DNA of 36,284 bases from Reclinomonas americana ATCC 50394. Its lineage: Eukaryota. Below the pieces are notes generated by a model. The model worked only from the letters and a program-made list of their open reading frames with translations. It had not been told where the DNA came from and ran no database searches. The translations under genes and the position numbers were made by a program. Every line of letters starts with the position of its first letter. Position 1 is the first letter of the stretch. Below are positions 25,701 through 36,056 of the stretch, in pieces. The stretch lies in the NCBI GenBank assembly GCA_048213135.1, contig PS015096.1, positions 132,165 to 168,448 of the forward strand, in the 5' to 3' direction.

Positions 25701-26639
25701 TGTGGCCACAGAGAGTGGCGCCAACTTTCTCAGTTGCGCCCGCGCTCTCGCTCCCTCCCTCTTTTCTATACAGCGCTCACCCTCCACCCACCCTCCCACA
25801 GACGTCAACCTCGCCGCCATCACCAGCAAGTGGTTTGGCGAGGCGGAAAAGGCGGCTGCGGCAGTGTTCACTCTTGCTCGTAAGCTGGCACCGTGTGTGA
25901 TTTTCGTCGACGAGATCGACAGCATGCTCGGCAAGAGGGCGAGTCGCGGCGAGCACGAGGCGATGCGGAAGATGAAGAATGAGTTTATGATGGGCTGGGA
26001 CGGTCTGAAGAGCAAGGAGACTGGTACGAGTGCATGTCGAGAGATCGCTGTGTTTCTTGTCTGCGCACTCACACACCTCAATGAATGCAGAGCGCGTGCT
26101 GGTTCTCGGTGCCACCAATCGCCCGTTCGACCTGGACGAGGCCGTGCTGAGGAGAATGCCTCGTCGCATCCTCGTCGACTCGCCAAGCGAGGAGCAGCGA
26201 GTGCGCATCTTTGAGGTGATCCTGAAGGACGAACAGTTGGATCCGGCGCTGCGCATGCTCGACCTGGCTCGCATGACGCCGAGCTACTCGGGCAGCGACC
26301 TGCGCAACTTGTGTGTGTGCGCAGCCTATCAGGTACTGTTCCACCACCATCCATCCTGTCGCATTGTGTGTGCTCACCGTGCCACCTCAGCCTGTGCGCG
26401 AGTTCCTCGCCGACGAGGCCAAGCAGATCAGCAAGGGTGCATTTGTGGCCCCGCCAGATCCCACAGCACCGGCACCGGAGCTACGACCGCTGCGACTGTC
26501 GGACTTTGAGAAGGCACAAAAGGAGGTCAGTGCCAGTGTGTGCGAAGACGCACAGACCATGACGGAGCTGCGCCAGTGGAACGAGATGTACGGTGAAGGA
26601 GGCAACCGACGAAAAGAGACGCTGACGTACTTCATGTAG
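19868..26639 (+). CDS. FHA-domain AAA+ ATPase (ATAD1/Msp1-related C-terminal AAA module; architecture known from plant FHA-AAA proteins)
   Basis: Low-complexity N-terminus; FHA-like region (PWGVL...FSVGRARQCDLML...VLINGRQL...LHSGDEISVLG); FPYHLS...QRILLVSPKG...ALAHHFGA; IGVEFDEPFAGGHNLAGLCEPGRGYF; AAA core VHFDDIGALE...[30 protein letters not shown]...IFVDEIDSMLGKR...VLGATNRPFDLDEAVLRRMPRR...WNEMYGEGGNRRKETLTYFM, stop TAG. Confidence 0.9.
22696..22765. repeat. (TG)n microsatellite, intronic
   Basis: Perfect GT run inside an intron of the AAA gene. Confidence 0.9.
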
Positions 26640-26714
26640 AACCAGTGAAGTGTGCCATGTGCTATACACGTTTATAAGTACCCTTGGTTGGTTGTTTTTG
26701 CCATTGGCCCCCGA

Positions 26715-29284
26715 TCAACCCCTTCCCACGCGGCACATCTTCATGGCCCACCGCAACTCGTCGAGTGTGGCCTCCCTCAGTGGCTTCCCTGCATACGTGT
26801 ACACCTTGCGCTCCTCCGGATTCAAGTATCCCTCACCCACATCGAAGCAGCCGACCGGCAATGGATTCGTCTTCTTGTCGGTCAGTTGGGTGTCGCCTGC
26901 AGGAGGAGGATGGGTGATGAGAAGAGAGGGAGAAGGGAGGGAGGATGAGAGGAGAGGGAGAAGGGAGAGAGGGCGGAAGAGAGACAAAATGAGCAGTTCA
27001 CAGAGCGAGAGAGGGCAGGACAGTGGAGGCATGAGATGCGAGAGAGAGAGAGAGAGAGAGATAGAGAGAGAGCGAGGAAAGAATGAGACAGAGAGAGCAA
27101 ACGAGCAAGAGATGCATGTTCGCAGTGAGCAGGGGGAGAGTGTCTGCATGATGTCGTGACTTCCAAGACAGTCGAACTTCCACGACAGCGCATTTGTTCT
27201 CTTCTACAAGTCTCAGTCAACTGCTCTGAGACTCCCGTCTCTGTCACCTGCTTCCAATCACTGTCTCGCACGACGACTTGTCGAGCTTCCGCGACAGCGA
27301 ACTGTTCTCTCCTGCCTGCGGTCACTGTCTCCCCTCTTCTCTCCTCCTCTCTCCGGTTCTCCCTTAAACACGACGCAGTCCAGCTGACACGTCGAGTTCC
27401 CACGACAATGCACGGCTCTTAGCAGCCTCCAGTCACTNNNNNNNNNNNNNNNNNNNNNNNNNNNNNNNNNNNNNNNNNNNNNNNNNNNNNNNNNNNNNNN
27501 NNNNNNNNNNNNNNNNNNNNNNNNNNNNNNNNNNNNNNNNNNNNNNNNNNNNNNNNNNNNNNNNNNNNNNNNNNNNNNNNNNNNNNNNNNNNNNNNNNNN
27601 NNNNNNNNNNNNNNNNNNNNNNNNNNNNNNNNNNNNNNNNNNNNNNNNNNNNNNNNNNNNNNNNNNNNNNNNNNNNNNNNNNNNNNNNNNNNNNNNNNNN
27701 NNNNNNNNNNNNNNNNNNNNNNNNNNNNNNNNNNNNNNNNNNNNNNNNNNNNNNNNNNNNNNNNNNNNNNNNNNNNNNNNNNNNNNNNNNNNNNNNNNNN
27801 NNNNNNNNNNNNNNNNNNNNNNNNNNNNNNNNNNNNNNNNNNNNNNNNNNNNNNNNNNNNNNNNNNNNNNNNNNNNNNNNNNNNNNNNNNNNNNNNNNNN
27901 NNNNNNNNNNNNNNNNNNNNNNNNNNNNNNNNNNNNNNNNNNNNNNNNNNNNNNNNNNNNNNNNNNNNNNNNNNNNNNNNNNNNNNNNNNNNNNNNNNNN
28001 NNNNNNNNNNNNNNNNNNNNNNNNNNNNNNNNNNNNNNNNNNNNNNNNNNNNNNNNNNNNNNNNNNNNNNNNNNNNNNNNNNNNNNNNNNNNNNNNNNNN
28101 NNNNNNNNNNNNNNNNNGTGCGAGAGGGAGGAGAGAGGTGACTGCTGGCAGACGCGAATGAGAGAGACTGGTAGATGAGTACAGTGCGCTATCGTGGAAG
28201 CTCAACATGTCAGCTGAACTGCGTTGTGCGAGGAGGCGAGAAGAAGACGAGATGCTGTGGAGGCAGAAGGGTGGAAGCAGGCAACAGAGACCCTGACGAT
28301 GTCGAGAGAGAGACTGGTGGCAGATGAGAACAGTGCGCTTTTGTGGAAGATCGACAAGTCAGCTGAACTGTGTTGTGTGAGAGGGAGAAGAGGAGAAGAG
28401 AGAGGAAGGGGGAGAGAGGAGACNNNNNNNNNNNNNNNNNNNNNNNNNNNNNNNNNNNNNNNNNNNNNNNNNNNNNNNNNNNNNNNNNNNNNNNNNNNNN
28501 NNNNNNNNNNNNNNNNNNNNNNNNNNNNNNNNNNNNNNNNNNNNNNNNNNNNTCCAGTCACTGCCTCCCCCTTCCTCTCTCCGCTTCTCCCTTTCACACG
28601 ACAAAAACAAGTCCAGCTGACAAGTCGAGTTCCCACGACAACGCACTATTCTATCCTCTCTCAGTGTCTCTCCTGCTTCAAGTGCCACTCATCTTCCTCC
28701 AGTCACTGCCTCCCTCTCTCCCCCCTCCCTCCTCTCCTCCTTCCCTCTCTCCCCCTCACACACTCACCAGCAGGATAGATCTTGCCCAGGATCTCCGTGT
28801 AGAATCGCCGATCCACCTTGGTGCTGTAGCCCCACGACGACACATCCAAAACACGCCCGTGCTGGTTGGGGAACTCGCCATACTCCAGTCCATCGCCAAA
28901 GAAGAAGCGTCCACGCACTTCCTTGCTCTCATCCCACTCGGCCTCGTATCGCGCTCCGTCGGGAAACGTCAGCGTGCCCTTGCCGTGGAACCTGAGTGGG
29001 TGGTGTCAGTGGGAGAAAAAGAAGCAAGAGAGAGAGAGTGAGAGAGAAGGCAGAGGAAGAGTGTGTGTGTGTATGTGAGAGGAAGAGGAGAAGAGAGAAG
29101 GCACGCAACATGCCATCCTTGAATCCACCCTCGTACACACGCCCATCCGCGAGTGTGAACTTGCCATGGCCCTCCATTCTGCGTGATCGCGTGAGTCTTT
29201 CTGTGATGTGCACTATGCGGATGTACATAACACAGACCGGCCATTGACGATGCTGCCTTCATACTTGACGCCGATCACATCCAT
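26715..29284 (-). CDS. MORN5: MORN repeat-containing protein 5
   Basis: Exons 29284-29238, 29177-29110, 28991-28768, 26896-26715 give MDVIGVKYEGSIVNGRMEGHGKFTL...KDGMFHGKGTLTFPDG...FGDGLEY...VDRRFYTEILGKIYPAGDTQLTD...CFDVGEGYLNP...ELRWAMKMCRVGRG, matching recalled MORN5 hallmarks (GRMEG, KDGMFHG, DRRFYTEI, PAG-QLT). Confidence 0.9.
27151..28730. repeat. Degenerate tandem repeat array (about 110-150 nt unit, about 40 nt conserved core) in MORN5 intron 3
   Basis: Core CAGT(T/C)CAGCTGAC-nn-GTCGAG(C/T)T(T/C)CCACGACA-n-(C/T)GCAC at about 27171, 27275 and 27376 (+), 28182-28221 and 28331-28370 (-), and 28610 (+). Confidence 0.75.
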
Positions 29285-29451
29285 CGTTGCCCACACACAA
29301 ACAACGCACAATCACAGCGATGACGTGTCATTGTCCAAGGACAAACAAATTCTCGATATTTTGCCCTGCAGCTCTGACTGACGGCAGACGACGCCGCTGG
29401 GTGTGCTGATCACGCGGAGGGTGTGTGCATAGGAATCTGAAACCGTGCGCG

Positions 29452-30872
29452 ATGGATCCAGCTGCGGCCGCGGAGGAGCGCCGTCGCTCTAGATCTCTCC
29501 GCCCTCGACGGGCTCCAGTCCCTGCGCTTCGTGTCACGAGGCGCGTCACACGCACTCGTAACAAGCGCAACCACGAACCCTCCGCATCGGACACGTGTGA
29601 ACTATCATCTCCTCCGCGCAAGCAACAGAAAGTGGGCGCCGGCGCCTCTCATGATCAGTTGGTGCACCGATCGCGAGACAGCGGTACCGAGTACACGCTC
29701 ATCAGAAGCATTGGGCGAGGACTGGATGGAGATGTCTTCCTCGGTTCGTCACGTGCACATTGTCGAGTGCATGTGCGTGATGGTGGCCATTGTGATCATT
29801 GACGTCGACCGTTTTTTTGGGTTTACACAGCGACCTGGAACCGAGACGACCAACACGTTGCTGTGAAGCTCCACAAACTCGGTGCTGGGCCTGTCCGCAA
29901 CCAGCCCTGTCCACTGCTGACAGAGTACAATCGGTACAAGCAACTCGCCGACGCCGGCTATTGTGAGTGACCAACGTTGAGTTGGCGTGTCCACACCGTT
30001 GATCTGACCACGCTTGCCGCGCACGCAGCATGTATGCCCACAGTGTACGAGTACTTTGTGGACGATCAGACCGAGTGCCTCTCCATGGAGGCGTTTGACA
30101 CCTCGCTGCAAGATCTCTGCGGCACAGTCTCGTGGTCAGGTCCCGAGTTTTGTGCTCTCGCACTGGCTGTTTGCTCGGCAGTAGACTTGCTCCACGAATG
30201 CGGCGTGGTCCACCTGGACATCAAGCCTGCCAACATCCTTCTCAAGCGTGGAGAGGGTCACCACATCGACCGCCTGATACTGTGCGACATGGGCATGTCG
30301 ATTCCCGTGTCGTATCTGCACAGCTGGCACGGTCGAGGCACACCGTCGTACAAGAGTCTGAGAACGCACAACAAGAAGGGTGCGCTCCTATTCTGACGCC
30401 TGCCTCTGATGCCCCCGCACTCACTGCCTGCTGTAGCGGAGGATCAGCTGGATGACTTTGAAAGCATGCTGTACACGCTACTCTCGGTGCTGCTGAGAGG
30501 AACTCTGCCGTGGACGGGGTCAGACGACGTTGCGATCAAGGAGCAGAAGACTCACGTGTGTCGCGCAGTCATGGCTGGAGAGGCGATCCTTGACGCGCTG
30601 GGGATTCCGTCAGCCGATACGGCTCTTGTGGATGCAACAGGTTCGATGCATATCGCCGCCACTGAATGCACAATGGCGAAGCTGATTGCCATACCACAGA
30701 CGCAATGGGCGCCCTCGACACGTTTGCACGGTCGCTGTACACAATGTCAGCGAAGCGCAAACGGTGTGTCGACTCGACGGCACTTCTGGCTCCGTTTTGC
30801 GAATGCCTTGGCCTCGAGTGTGGTCGTCACACCGACGTGCGCTTGACCTACACACGTGTCAACGAGGAGTGA
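29452..30872 (+). CDS. Divergent casein kinase 1-group Ser/Thr protein kinase
   Basis: Spliced motifs IGRGLDGDVFLA, VAVK, VVHLDIKPANILL, LCDMGMS, GTPSYKSLRTH...DQLDDFESMLYTL...GTLPW (CK1 pattern GTxxYxSxxxH...DDxESxxY...LPW, no APE). Basic N-terminal extension. Confidence 0.8.
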
Positions 30873-30918
30873 AATCACCGTCGCACTCACTTTGTTTGCC
30901 TGCACATCATGGTCACTG

Positions 30919-33645
30919 TCAGGTGTACTGTTGAAGCTGCGCCACCACCGCCGCCTCCTCCTCTGTTAATGGTGGCTCCACCACCGGCTTCCACTCCGGA
31001 CGACGACAGACGATGCTACTGGGTGTGCTGCTCACGGAGAAGGCGTGTTGGCATGCAGCTGGAGACAGGCACAGCGCTTGCCAGGCTTCAATAGCGCCCG
31101 CGTGAGTCTGCGCGGCTTGTTGTGGTGTCGGCGATGCAGGCATGGTCTGCAGCACTCACTGCAATCAGCCACGGCAGCAATGGGAGGCAGACAATCACGG
31201 AAACGCAACCGGAAGAGTGAATTCAGTCACCCGCGGTGCATTGCTGCCCGCAGCCGGCGACGACGACGACGATGCCTCCACGTCCATCAGTGTCGGCAGC
31301 TGTAATATCGGCGCACCCAGAAGCGACGTGCGGGTGGCTAGTGCTTCTAACCACTGCACACACACACACCCATCGTGACGTCAGCAGGCGAAACGCACTC
31401 TGCGCTCTCACTCCCCATCAACCAGCCGGCGCAACTTCCGTGGCCACACTGTGTGAGACCTCGTCGGCCGGCAGCCGATTGACGAACGACACCAAATGCG
31501 CCACATCGAGCGTCCACTGCGAGTGACGACCGCGCGAGGGAAAGAAGCTCAGGTAGCGGCGGCACACGGACTGTGCTCCGACAGAGAGTCAGCTGGAGTG
31601 CAGCAAACTCGACACTCCTCACCAACGCTCTCACCTGAAACGACGGCCACAGCAGGGCGTCGAGAACAACACGACGTGTCGGCAGTGGCACGTGACTCAA
31701 CTCGTGACGGAAACGCGTCACCAGCACCATCCACAACGACAGACCGCGAGTGCACCGTGAGGTCTTTAGCAGCGCGTGGTAACTGTCCCAGTCTTGCTGC
31801 AGTCGTGCGCATTCAGTGCGCGCGGTGACGACTGCGGAGGAGCGAGCACGTGTCTCTCACCTTGTCGAGATCCGAGAACACAAAACTGGTCATGTTGGTG
31901 TCCACCCGCTCGCTGACAATGTGCACCATCGCCGCCGAGTGCTCCAACAGCATGGCCTCTAATTCAAACACTGTCGTCGACGGAGGGATAGAGAGAGATA
32001 CGACGTCACCACCTATCGCAGAAGACACACTGCCGACTGAATTCGCACACCTTCATCACCACCGGCGGCAGCGGCAACACGCAACGGTTGTAGAGCCACC
32101 ACTGTGCACACCATACCGAGAAGACGCAGTGCATCACGTGCCGTCAAGGACGAAAAGAGCGGACACGTAGACGGCGGCGTATCACATATGCACAAGAAGG
32201 ATATCTGCTTGTGAGAGTGGCCAGGCCGCCGCTGCATCCGTCTCCTCTCTGAATCGGTCACCGAGGACTCGCGTGACAGACGCCAATGCTCTGGACTGAA
32301 ACTCTGCTTACCACCATTAGTCACCCCCAACAGCTGCACAGGAGAGGCAGCTGCGTGTACACTCACCGGCGTCGGTGATGCCATGCGTGAGCAGAGCCAC
32401 CAGAATACTCAAGCAGTTGAAGAAGAGCGTGCTGTCCTGCAGCATGCTGTCGATGCACATGGTCGGCAGAAGCGAGGGATATAAACGCGCACAAAGTACG
32501 CAACTGGCGGAACGAGTCGCGACTCGCCGCGTGTTGCACACAGGACCGGTACGGTAATCTCATGAGAGCATAGTCCAGTTCCACTGCGCATTCTTATCTT
32601 CAGCACGAAGTGCGCGCAGGTCGGAAGACTGAAGCAACAGCCGCACCCTCCCATCCGGGCTCCAACACATGCTGCGCCATGTGCGTGACGGTGCTCTGCA
32701 GCACCTTCGGCACCACCTCCACCACAACAAACGGCACGCGGCCAGTCATTCGCATCGCCGTGTGGGCCAAATGCTGAGCTCCCTCTACCAGTGCCTTTTG
32801 TTGTGCATGCGTGTGCGCGAGTGATGAGGGCGCCGACACGGGAGCAATGAAAGACACGCGCTCGCTCCCGCACCAACATGCACACCAACAGCGCCGACAG
32901 CGGTGCCGATCCGGACTCGCCCTCGCCACACTGCTGTTCGTACACGAGACCCAGCAGCACCTGCAGCCAGTACGAGAACTGCGGACGCGGGTTGATGTTG
33001 CGTTGCTCCCAGTTCACCAACAGTCGCGGCAAGTACTCCTGCCTCGTACGAATGAGACAGCCGGAGGAGCGACAAAGAGCAAGTCAACGCAACATCCACC
33101 GCGGATCGAAACACTCGCACGTGATCAGTCTCCCCGCTCATCGCGGTGCGTCGGTGCGCCAGCAAGATCTGCACAAACTACGAGCAACTCAGCACAAGAA
33201 GCCCAACTCATGGCAAGGCCGAGAGAGAGAGAGAGAGGCATACCCACAGACATCGCGCCTCATCATCAAACAAGGTCGACAAGTCGCCCAGCTTCTCCGA
33301 CACCGGCACCAGCACACCAAACGAGTGCAGAATGGTCTCAAAGCGTTCACTACAACGCGCATACACACACGCACAGTGAGCAATGTCGGAAGAAGATGAG
33401 AATGCGATGGAATGCGCAACGATGTGGGCGAACTGCCACCGTCTCCCAGTGGTGCCACTGCCACCGCACCCTCATCCAACGCCGCAGCAGCCTCACGCAA
33501 CACGCGCTCTGCGTCTTCGCCACTGCCTTGCACACGCTGCACTCTCCCACACATGAGCACACTCTTCCTGTTGTCTCCCTCCCCCGCATCGCACCTCCAT
33601 CAGCTGCGCGAGGAACGCTTCGAGGCCTGCATCCGCAGCACTCAT
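30919..33645 (-). CDS. Hypothetical multi-exon protein, no recognised domain
   Basis: Chain of short GT-AG introns with phase-consistent exons from MSAADAGLEAFLAQLME to ...VVAQLQQYT (TGA at 30919). The structure around 32300-31970 is unresolved. Confidence 0.6.
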
Positions 33646-34020
33646 CTGATTGAAGTGGCGGAAGTAACGTTGGCTTGGTGGCACGAGGGTAAAGGGCGGC
33701 AATGGAAGAGAGAGGCGACAAGCACGCACCGAAACGGCCGTTCATTTCATCGCGACTTTTTCAACCTGCGCTCGAGCAAAGGCAACTTGCTTTCTAACCT
33801 CTTTCTTCCTTTCCCTTCCAGGTGCGTGCCACTCTTCTACTTCTCTTCTTCTTCTCGTCTTGCCTGCTTGCCTCTCTCTCGCGCTGTTTTGCTCACTGGC
33901 ACGCTGCACACACAGTTGGTGCTCACCAAACCTCGGCGCAACGCGTGCCATCTCTTCCCCCCTTCTCTTCCGCAATCAAGCACAGGTCTCGACAACAACA
34001 ACAACAACAACAACATCAAC

Positions 34021-34032
34021 ATGACAACTCGG
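34021..34032 (+). CDS. Putative first micro-exon (MTTR) of the cyclin gene
   Basis: (CAA)n-rich leader, AAC-ATG context, ATG ACA ACT CGG followed by a perfect GTGAGT donor and pyrimidine-rich intron-like sequence. Phase 0 matches the ag|TAC start of the flipped contig at 35614. Confidence 0.4.
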
Positions 34033-35177
34033 GTGAGTCTTGCACGCCTTCCTGCTTGCTGCTCTTTGTCGTCTTTCCTTTTCATGTTTTCGGGCAATCG
34101 GGCACGTGCCTCTGATTTCTGCTTGTTCTGTCTCTTGTTGTTCCTTCACTCATCATTCTCTCTTCTTTCGTGGCGCCCACTGCCTCTCTCTCTTTCTTTG
34201 TTTATATCTGTGAGCGTCTTGCGTCTGTTGGCATCTGCCCGTCTTGCGTTTATGTAGTTGGCAATGATTTGGCTATTATGCGAATCAGGTGGCATGCCGT
34301 TGACAACGCGTGCTTGCGGCGATGGTATCATGCCTCTTTTTTGCCCATCTCTGCCGTCTCTCTCTCTATTCCAATCATGCGCACGCGTGCCTCTCGCACC
34401 CTTCTCTCCCGTCGTATGCCTCTCTCTCTCTCTCTCACTCTTGTCTTCCCGCCCGACTTGTCGTGTTGCTGATTGATTTTTCCGATGGCGGCNNNNNNNN
34501 NNNNNNNNNNNNNNNNNNNNNNNNNNNNNNNNNNNNNNNNNNNNNNNNNNNNNNNNNNNNNNNNNNNNNNNNNNNNNNNNNNNNNNNNNNNNNNNNNNNN
34601 NNNNNNNNNNNNNNNNNNNNNNNNNNNNNNNNNNNNNNNNNNNNNNNNNNNNNNNNNNNNNNNNNNNNNNNNNNNNNNNNNNNNNNNNNNNNNNNNNNNN
34701 NNNNNNNNNNNNNNNNNNNNNNNNNNNNNNNNNNNNNNNNNNNNNNNNNNNNNNNNNNNNNNNNNNNNNNNNNNNNNNNNNNNNNNNNNNNNNNNNNNNN
34801 NNNNNNNNNNNNNNNNNNNNNNNNNNNNNNNNNNNNNNNNNNNNNNNNNNNNNNNNNNNNNNNNNNNNNNNNNNNNNNNNNNNNNNNNNNNNNNNNNNNN
34901 NNNNNNNNNNNNNNNNNNNNNNNNNNNNNNNNNNNNNNNNNNNNNNNNNNNNNNNNNNNNNNNNNNNNNNNNNNNNNNNNNNNNNNNNNNNNNNNNNNNN
35001 NNNNNNNNNNNNNNNNNNNNNNNNNNNNNNNNNNNNNNNNNNNNNNNNNNNNNNNNNNNNNNNNNNNNNNNNNNNNNNNNNNNNNNNNNNNNNNNNNNNN
35101 NNNNNNNNNNNNNNNNNNNNNNNNNNNNNNNNNNNNNNNNNNNNNNNNNNNNNNNNNNNNNNNNNNNNNNNNNNNNN

Positions 35178-35612
35178 CTTCATGTCGGCGGCCGCAGTCA
35201 TCGAGCGAGCACTGGGAGCCACAGAGCGAGCGGCTGTGGGACGTGCACTTGCGTCAGCCACACGTCCTCGAGCAGAAGCAACAGAAGCAGACGAGGCGCA
35301 ACTCGCAGCAGCAGAGGCGGAGGGGATGGAGGCGGCCGACGAAGCAGCGCTCAACGGCAGGCTGGGGACCACCGAGCCAGCACCGACCGTAGTGCGCGAC
35401 GACGGAGCGACCATGCGCGACGCCGGCACGGCCACGGCAGCCACAGACGGCTTGACCAGCGGCACTCGCGAGGCCGGGGCAATGTTGGAGAGGTTGCTGA
35501 GGGCGGAGCGCGAGGTCGGCACCGACGACAGCGACACGCCAGTCGATGACGTGGTCGAGGGCTTGGCCGAGATCAGCGCATTCTCATTGGTGACGAAGCG
35601 TCCAGCGTTGTA
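35178..35612 (-). CDS. Cyclin N-terminal disordered region with D-box (contig probably flipped)
   Basis: YNAGRFVTNENAL...RSALSNLSN (RxxLxxxxN destruction box, 35510-35484), Ser/Ala-rich. Confidence 0.6.
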
Positions 35613-36056
35613 CTNNNNNNNNNNNNNNNNNNNNNNNNNNNNNNNNNNNNNNNNNNNNNNNNNNNNNNNNNNNNNNNNNNNNNNNNNNNNNNNNNNNNNN
35701 NNNNNNNNNNNNNNNNNNNNNNNNNNNNNNNNNNNNNNNNNNNNNNNNNNNNNNNNNNNNNNNNNNNNNNNNNNNNNNNNNNNNNNNNNNNNNNNNNNNN
35801 NNNNNNNNNNNNNNNNNNNNNNNNNNNNNNNNNNNNNNNNNNNNNNNNNNNNNNNNNNNNNNNNNNNNNNNNNNNNNNNNNNNNNNNNNNNNNNNNNNNN
35901 NNNNNNNNNNNNNNNNNNNNNNNNNNNNNNNNNNNNNNNNNNNNNNNNNNNNNNNNNNNNNNNNNNNNNNNNNNNNNNNNNAGTTGTTGTCGTGGATGAG
36001 CAAACGAAGAAGGAATAACGAAGGCGAGCGATTCGTGTTTGTTGTGAGTGACTCAC

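Noticed and set aside
27151-28650. CRISPR-like array
   Set aside because: Eukaryotic intron, degenerate cores, linkers similar to one another and low complexity, no cas genes.
32182-32184. In-frame TGA as Trp or selenocysteine readthrough in the orphan gene
   Set aside because: Another acceptor/frame avoids it, there is no homology to anchor the frame, and TGA is a stop in MORN5.
759-33420. GTTGCG introns as an introner (mobile intron) family
   Set aside because: Beyond the first 6-7 nt the introns share no evident similarity, terminal inverted repeats or target-site duplications, and they occur in all three phases.
34485-34492. ATG GCG GC at the contig edge as the cyclin start
   Set aside because: The 34021 ATG with an in-phase GTGAGT donor fits better; this ATG lies in intron-like sequence and cannot be evaluated because of the gap.
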